Shown piece by piece: positions 55,678 through 64,000 of a DNA stretch of 64,000 nucleotides. Positions within the stretch are counted from its first letter, which is position 1. Each line of letters begins with the position of its first letter. The position numbers were made by a program, and so were the translations under genes. The notes below the pieces were generated by a model, which was not told the DNA's origin, did not search any database, and saw nothing but the letters and a program-made list of their open reading frames with translations. Source of the DNA: Eledone cirrhosa (Eukaryota). The stretch spans positions 245,148,001 to 245,212,000 of the forward strand of contig OZ024741.1 of the NCBI GenBank assembly GCA_964016885.1, written 5' to 3'.

Positions 55678-58600
55678 CATTGAAAACACATTCAAAACCC
55701 ATTAACCCCATATTAAAAGTTCATAAAACTCTATTAAAAACCCAATAACAAACCAATTAAAACGCCATTAAAACGCCACAAAACACAATAAAATGTCATA
55801 AAAACGCCATTAAAACATCACAAAAAGCCCAATTAAAAAACCATTAATAATGTCATTAAAAATTCCATAAAAATCCATTAAAAACTCCACTAAAAGCCCA
55901 TTAAAAAGTTCATTAAAAGCCATATTATAAATTTCATAAAAAACAATTGAAAACCCCATTATTTATGAGCCTTTTTTTATGAGTTTTTAATAGTGTTTTA
56001 ATTCAGTTTTTAATTGCGTTTAAAATTGGGTTTTAATGGCTTTTTAATGGTGTTTTAATGGGATTTTCGATGGTGTTTAATGGGTTTTTTATGGAGTTTT
56101 TAATTGGGTTTTCAATGGTGTTGTTTATGAGTTTTTAAATGGGTTTTTAATGGAATTTTTGATTGCGTTTTTAATGAAATTTTTAATAGATTCAAGGATG
56201 TTTTAATGGAGTTTTTAATGGCGTTTTAATTGTGTTTTTATGGTGTTTAAATGCGTTTTAATGATTTTTAATTGGGTTTTTAATGGAGTATTTTTAATGA
56301 GCTCTTAATGGATTTTTCAATTGGATACTTAATGGGTTTTAATGGAATTTATAATAAGGGTTCTAATTGACTTTAAATATGATTTTTAATGGAGTTTTTA
56401 ATGAAATTTCTAATGGTGTTTTTAATTGCGTTTCCCCCCGTGAGGGTTTTAATGGCATTTTAAATGACATTTTAATGAGTTTTTATGATGTTTTAATGGC
56501 GTTGTAATTGTTTTTTATTGGGTTTTTAATATAATTTTGTATGAGCTTTTAATGGGGGTTTTCAATGTTGTTTTTAATGGAGTGTTTAATGGAATTTTAA
56601 TGGGGGTTTGATAAAAAAAATTAATTGCTTTTTAATTTAATTTTTAATGCGTTTTTGATGGTGTTTAAGTGCGTTCATGATGATCTTTTTAATGGATTTT
56701 TAATGGGGTTTTAATTGAATTTTTAATGGTGTTTTCAATGTAATTTTTAATGATAGTTTAATGGTGTTTTAATGACGTTTTAATTGTGTTTTTTATGGTG
56801 TTTTAGTGACGTTTAAATAGGATTTTTAATTGGTTTTTTAATTGAGTATTTATATGAGTTTTCACTGGTGTTTTTAATGGGTTTTTCAATATTGCATTTA
56901 ATGAAATTTTTAATATGGTTTCAAATGGAATTTTTAATGTGTTTTTAATTGGGTTTCTAGTGACGTTTTTAATGGTACTTTAAATGACGTTTTAATGACT
57001 TTTATGGCGTTTTAATGGGTTTTTTAATTGGGTTTTTAATGTAGTTTTTTAAAAGATCTTTACTTGGGATTTTATGGGTTTTCAATGCGGTTTTTAATGG
57101 TATATTAATGGAGTTTTTGGTGTGGTTGTTAATGGTATTAGTGACATTTTAATGTGTTTTTAATGGTGTTTTAAGCGAGTTTCTGATTTAGTTTAAATTT
57201 AAATATTTGATGGTCCTTCTAATGGGCTTTAATGGATGTGTAATGTGTTTAATGCAATTTTAATGGGGTTTAATGGGGGTAGTAGGTTTCAATGGGTTTT
57301 AATGGAGTTTTAATGGCTAGTGCTCTTTTTTAAAGAGTTTTTAATGGTGTTTTTAATGGTTTTTCATTGAGCTTTTAATTGCGTTTTTAATCTAGTTTAA
57401 AAATTGAGTTTTAATGGGTTTTTCAATTAGGTTTTTAATGGATTTATAATGGTGTTTTTTACGGACCCTTTAATTTTTTATAATGGGTTTTCAATGCCGT
57501 TTTAATGGTGTTTTTTAATGGTATCCTTAATGACGCTTCGATAAGTTTCAATGTTATTTTAATGGGGTTTTGATTGATTTTTTAATGGAGTTTTTTTAAT
57601 GAACTTTTATTGGGGTTTTCAATCAGGTTTTTAACTGAATTTTTAATGTTTTTCAATTAGATTTTTTATGGAGTTTTTATGGGCTTTTTAATGAGTTTTT
57701 AATGGTGTGCTAATTGAGTTTTCAATTACCTTTTTAATTGAGTATAAAATCGAGTTTTTACTAAGTTTTTAATGAATTTTTAATGGAATTTTAATGGGGC
57801 TTAATGGGGGTTTAATGGGGGATTTAATTGAGTTTTTAATGGAGTTTAATAGAGTTTATAATGGAGGTTTTAATGGAGTTTTTAATGAAGTTTTAATGTA
57901 GTTTTTAATGAGGTTTTTAATGACGATTTTAATGGCGTTCTTAATGGCGTTTTAATGGTATTTTATGGCATTTTAATGACGGTTGTAATGGTTTTTAATG
58001 GAGTGTTAATTGGTTATTGATTGTATTTTAATGGGTTTTATGAGCTTTTTAATGGGCTTTTTAGTGGTGTTTTTAATGGAGTTTTTAATGGGTCTTTTAA
58101 TGGAATTTGCAATGTAGTTTTTAATGGTGTTTTTAATTGTATTTTTAATGACGTTTTAATGGTGTTTTTTATGGCGTTTTAATAGGATTTTTAATTGGTT
58201 TTTTAAAGGACTATTATTATGGGTTTTTATGTAATTTTATAATGGGATTTTCAGTAGGGTTTTTAATTGGATTTTTAATGGAGTTTATAATGTTTTTTAA
58301 TTGGATTTTTAAAGAATTTATAATTGCGGTTTTAATATAGTGTTTAATGGAGTATTTAATTGGTTTTTAATGGTAATTTTAATGGAGTGTTTAATGTGTT
58401 TTTAATGGGGGAGGAGGGGGGTAAAATGCAGTTTTTAATTGAGTTATCAATGGAGTTTTTAATGACATTTTTAATGACGTTTTAATAGCGTTTTATGACG
58501 TTTTAATGACGTTTTAATGGTTTTTTTATTGGGTTTTGGGAGTTTTTATGAGCTTCTAATTAGGTTTTAAATGGGGTTTTCAATGAGGTTTTTAGTGGAA

Positions 58601-58746
58601 TTTTTAATGGGCCTTTAATGTATTTTTAATGGGATTTTAATGTTATTTATGGCGTTTTTAATGGTATTTTAAATGCTTTTTTAATGTTTTTTTTATGGCC
58701 TGTTAATTGGGTTATTGATTCAGTTTTTAATGGATTTTTTTTAACG
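55678..58746. repeat. 3069-bp degenerate-satellite cassette, copy 5
   Basis: Same junctions and length as copies 3 and 4; offset 23810 from copy 4. Confidence 0.93.
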
Positions 58747-61700
58747 GATTTTTTTTTAATGGATTTTTTTTAATGGATTTTTTTTAATGGGTTTTTTTTA
58801 ATGGCTTTTTTTTAATGGGTTTTTTTAATGGCTTTTTTAAATGGATTTTTTAAATGGATTTTTTAATGGATTTTTTTTAATGGGTTTTTTAAATGGATTT
58901 TTTTAATGGATTTTTAATGGATTTTTAATGGATTTTTAATGGGTTTTTAATGGATTTTTTAAATGGATTCTTTTAATGGATTTTTAATGGATTTTTTAAA
59001 TTGATTTTTTTTAATGGGTTTTTTTAAATGGATTTTTTTTAATGGATTTTTTAAATGGATTTTTTAATGGCTTTTTTTAATGGGTTTTTTAAATGGATTT
59101 TTTAATGGATTTTTAATGGATTTTTAATGGATTTTTAATGGATTTTTAATGGATTTTTTAATGACTTTTTTTAAATGGATTTTTTTAATGGATTTTTAAT
59201 GGATTTTTTTTAATGGATTTTTTTTAATGGATTTTTTTTAATGGATTTTTTTTTTAATGGATTTTTTTTAATGGGTTTTTTTAATGGCTTTTTTAAATGG
59301 ATTTTTTTAATGGATTTTTTTAATGTATTTTTTTAATGGATTTTTTTAATGGGTTTTTTAAATGGATTTTTTAATGGATTTTTAATGTATTTTTAATGGA
59401 TTTTTAATGGATTTTTTAATGGATTTTTTTAAATGGATTTTTTTAATGGATTTTTAATGGATTTTTTTTAATGGATTTTTTAAATGGATTTCTTTTTTTA
59501 ATGGATTTTTTTTTTATGGGTTTTTTAATGGCTTTTTTAAATGGATTTTTTTAATGGATTTTTTTAATGGGTTTTTTAAATGGATTTTTTAATGGATTTT
59601 TAATGGATTTTTAATGGATTTTTAATGGGTTTTTAATGGATTTTTTTAAATGGATTTTTTTAATGGATTTTTAATGGATTTTTTTAATGGATTTTTTTTA
59701 ATGGGTTTTTTTTAATGGATTTTTTTTTTAATGGGTTTTTTTTAATGGATTTTTTTAATGGATTTTTTAAATGGATTTTTTTAATGGATTTGTTTTAAAG
59801 GGTTTTTTTTAATGGATTTTTTTTAATGGATTTTTTAAATGAATTTTTTTAATGGATTTTTTTAATGGGTTTTTTAAATGGATTTTTTAATGGATTTTTA
59901 ATGAATTTTTAATGGGTTTTTAATGGATTTTTTGATGGATTTTTTTAATGGATTTTTTTAATGGATTTTTAATGGATTTTTTTTAATGGATTTTTTTAAT
60001 GGATTTTTTAATGGATTTTTTTATGGATTTTTTTTAATGGATTTTTTAAATTGATTTTTTTCAATGGATTTTTTTAATGGGTTTTTTTTAATGGATTTTT
60101 TTTTAATGGATTTTTTAAATGGATTTTTTTAATGGATTTTTTTTAATGGGTTTTTTAAATGGATTTTTTAATGGATTTTTAATGGATTTTTAATGGATTT
60201 TTAATGGGTTTTTAATGGATTTTTTTAAATGGATTTTTTTAATGGATTTTTAATATATTTTTTTAAATTGATTTTTTTAATGGGTTTTTTTTAATGGCTT
60301 TTTTTAATGGGTTTTTTTAATGGCTTTTTTAAATGGATTTTTTAAATGGATTTTTTTAATGGATTTTTTTTAATGGGTTTTTTAAATGGATTTTTTTAAT
60401 GGATTTTTAATGGATTTTTAATGGATTTTTAATGGGTTTTTAATGGATTTTTTAAATGGATTTTTTTAATGGATTTTTAATGGATTTTTTAAATTGATTT
60501 TTTTTAATGGATTTTTTTTAATGGATTTTTTAAATGGATTTTTTAATGGCTTTTTTTAATGGGTTTTTTAAATGGATTTTTTAATGGATTTTTAATGGAT
60601 TTTTAATGGATTTTTAATGGATTTTTTAATGACTTTTTTTAAATGGATTTTATTAATGGATTTTTAATGGATTTTTTTTAATGGATTTTTTTTAATGGAT
60701 TTTTTTTAATTGATTTTTTTTTTTTAATGGATTTTTTTTAATGGGTTTTTTAATGGCTTTTTTAAATGGATTTTTTTAATGGATTTTTTTAATGGATTTT
60801 TTTAATGGATTTTTTTAATGGGTTTTTTAAATGGATTTTTTAATGGATTTTTAATGGATTTTTAATGGATTTTTAATGGGTTTTTAATGGATTTTTTTTA
60901 ATGGATTTTTTTAATGGATTTTTAATGTATTTTTTTAATGGATTTTTTTTAATGGTCTCTTTTAATGGATTTTTTTTTAATGGATTTTTTTTAATGGGTT
61001 TTTTTTAATGGATTTTTTTTAATGGATTTTTTAAATGGATTTTTTTAATGGATTTTTTTTAATGGGTTTTTTTAAATGGATTTTTTTTAATGGATTTTTT
61101 AAATGAATTTTTTTAATGGATTTTTTTAATGGGTTTTTTAAATGGATTTTTTAATGGATTTTTAATGGATTTTTAATGGGTTTTTAATGGATTTTTTAAT
61201 GGATTTTTTTAAATGGATTTTTTTAATGGATTTTTAATGGATTTTTTTTAATGGATTTTTTTAATGGATTTTTTAATGGATTTTTTTATGGATTTTTTTT
61301 AATGGATTTTTTTTAATGGATTTTTTAAATGGATTTTTTTAATGGATTTTTTTAATGGATTTTTTTAATGGGTTTTTTTAATGGATTTCTTTTTAATGGA
61401 TTTTTTAAATGGATTTTTTTAATGGATTTTTTTAATGGGTTTTTTTAATGGATTTCTTTTTAATGGATTTTTAATGGATTTTTTTAATGGATTTTTTTTA
61501 ATGGGTTTTTTTTATGGATTTTTTTTAATGGATTTTTCTTAATGGGTTTTTTTTTTAATGGATTTTTTTTAATGGAATTTTTAAATGGATTTTTTTAATG
61601 GATTTTTTTTAATGGGTTTTTTTAAATGGATTTTTTTTAATGGATTTTTTAAATGAATTTTTTTAATGGATTTTTTTAATGGGTTTTTTAAATGGATTTT

Positions 61701-64000
61701 TTAATGGATTTTTAATGGATTTTTAATGGGTTTTTAATGGATTTTTTAATGGATTTTTTTAAATGGATTTTTTTAATGGATTTTTAATGGATTTTTTTAA
61801 TGGATTTTTTTAATGGATTTTTTAATGGATTTTTTTATGGATTTTTTTTAATGGATTTTTTTTAATGGATTTTTAAATGGATTTTTTAAATGGATTTTTT
61901 TAATGGGTTTTTTTTAATGGATTTTTTTTTAATGGATTTTTTAAATGGATTTTTTTAATGGATTTTTTTTAATGGGTTTTTTAAATGGATTTTTTAATGG
62001 ATTTTTAATGGATTTTTAATGGATTTTTAATGGGTTTTTAATGGATTTTTTTAAATGGATTTTTTTAATGGATTTTTAATGGATTTTTTTAAATTGATTT
62101 TTTTTAATGGATTTTTTTTTTAATGGATTTTTTTTAATGGATTTTTTTTTAATGAATTTTTTTTAATGGGTTTTTTAAATGGATTTTTTAATGGATTTTT
62201 AATGGATTTTTAATGGGTTTTTAATGGATTTTTTTAAATGGATTTTTTTAATGGATTTTTTAATGGATTTTTTTAAATGGATTTTTTTAATGGATTTTTA
62301 ATGGATTTTTTTAAATTGATTTTTTTAATGGATTTTTTTTAATGGATTTTTTTTTTAATGGATTTTTTTAATGGGTTTTTTAAATGGATTTTTTAATGGA
62401 TTTTTAATGGATTTTTAATGGATTTTTAATGGGTTTTTAATGGATTTTTTAAATGGATTTTTTCAATGGATTTTTTTTAATGGGTTTTTTAAATGGATTT
62501 TTTTAATGGATTTTTAATGGATTTTTAATGGATTTTTAATGGGTTTTTAATGGATTTTTTAAATGGATTTTTTTAATGGATTTTTAATGGATTTTTTAAA
62601 TTGATTTTTTTTAATGGGTTTTTTTAAATGGATTTTTTTTAATGGATTTTTTAAATGGATTTTTTAATGGCTTTTTTAAATGGGTTTTTTAAATGGATTT
62701 TTTAATGGATTTTTAATGGATTTTTAATGGATTTTTAATGGATTTTTAATGGATTTTTTAATGACTTTTTTAAATGGATTTTTTTAATGGATTTTTAATG
62801 GATTTTTTTTAATGGATTTTTTTTAATGGATTTTTTTAATGGGTTTTTTTTAATGGATTTTTTTTAATGGATTTTTTAAATGGATTTTTTTAATGGATTT
62901 TTTTTAATGGGTTTTTTTAAATGGATTTTTTTTAATGGATTTTTTAAATGAATTTTTTTAATGGATTTTTTTAATGGGTTTTTTAAATGGATTTTTTAAT
63001 GGATTTTTAATGGATTTTTAATGGGTTTTTAATGGATTTTTTAATGGATTTTTTTAAATGGATTTTTTTAATGGATTTTTAATGGATTTTTTTAATGGAT
63101 TTTTTTAATGGATTTTTTAATGGATTTTTTTATGGATTTTTTTTAATGGATTTTTTTTAATGGATTTTTTAAATGGATTTTTTTAATGGATTTTTTTAAT
63201 GGGTTTTTTTTAATGGATTTTTTTTTAATGGATTTTTTAAATGGATTTTTTTAATGGATTTTTTTTAATGGGTTTTTTAAATGGATTTTTTAATGGATTT
63301 TTAATGGATTTTTAATGGATTTTTAATGGGTTTTTAATGGATTTTTTTAAATGGATTTTTTTAATGGATTTTTAATGGATTTTTTTAAATTGATTTTTTT
63401 TAATGGATTTTTTTTTTAATGGATTTTTTTTAATGGATTTTTTTTTAATGAATTTTTTTTAATGGGTTTTTTAAATGGATTTTCTAATGGATTTTTAATG
63501 GATTTTTAATGGGTTTTTAATGGATTTTTTTAAATGGATTTTTTTAATGGATTTTTTAATGGATTTTTTTAAATGGATTTTTTTAATGGATTTTTAATGG
63601 ATTTTTTTAAATTGATTTTTTTTAATGGATTTTTTTTAATGGATTTTTTTTTTAATGGATTTTTTTAATGGGTTTTTTAAATGGATTTTTTAATGGATTT
63701 TTAATGGATTTTTAATGGATTTTTAATGGGTTTTTAATGGATTTTTTAAATGGATTTTTTTAATGGATTTTTTTTAATGGGTTTTTTAAATGGATTTTTT
63801 TAATGGATTTTTAATGGATTTTTAATGGATTTTTAATGGGTTTTTAATGGATTTTTTAAATGGATTTTTTTAATGGATTTTTAATGGATTTTTTAAATTG
63901 ATTTTTTTTAATGGGTTTTTTTAAATGGATTTTTTTTAATGGATTTTTTAAATGGATTTTTTAATGGCTTTTTTAAATGGGTTTTTTAAATGGATTTTTT
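58747..64000 (+). repeat. Homogeneous AATGGA(T)n satellite array C (truncated by window end), collinear with the start of array A
   Basis: Markers gttttaaaggg (15071/59792) and ggtctct (16234/60954) recur at about +44.72 kb. Confidence 0.95.

Noticed and set aside
14026-64000. Similarity to human satellite II/III (AATGG)n
   Set aside because: Only the pentamer is shared. Here it is always followed by A/G and a long T-run, never tandem GGAAT, so homology is unsupported.
14026-64000. Telomerase-synthesised telomeric repeat
   Set aside because: There is no TTAGGG/TTAGG/TTTAGGG array. Kb-scale copied variant patterns and internal cassettes indicate DNA-level duplication.
9701-64000. T-run variation as pure homopolymer sequencing error
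   Set aside because: Run-length patterns are reproduced across copies 5.2, 23.8 and 44.7 kb apart. Copy number could still be misassembled.

Overview
The window is entirely non-coding, extremely AT-rich tandem-repeat DNA that looks eukaryotic (satellite/heterochromatin-like). I see no credible genes, RNA genes, transposases or CRISPR arrays; all supplied ORFs are translations of (TA/CA)n microsatellite. Positions 1-~6370 are one complex ~6145-bp unit: (AAAAT)n, a degenerate ~11-bp TTTTAATGG-type satellite in both orientations, (TA)n, a ~396-bp palindrome and a G-rich 65-bp duplication. A second copy of this unit breaks off at ~9700 into a homogeneous (AATGGA-Tn) satellite that fills most of the remaining window. 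That array is punctuated by three apparently identical 3069-bp cassettes of the older degenerate satellite (10957, 31868, 55678), giving 20.9 and 23.8 kb macro-units with nested higher-order duplications. The window appears to record a young satellite arising from a motif in an older one and amplifying hierarchically. Coordinates and comparisons were made by eye and may be off by a few bases.
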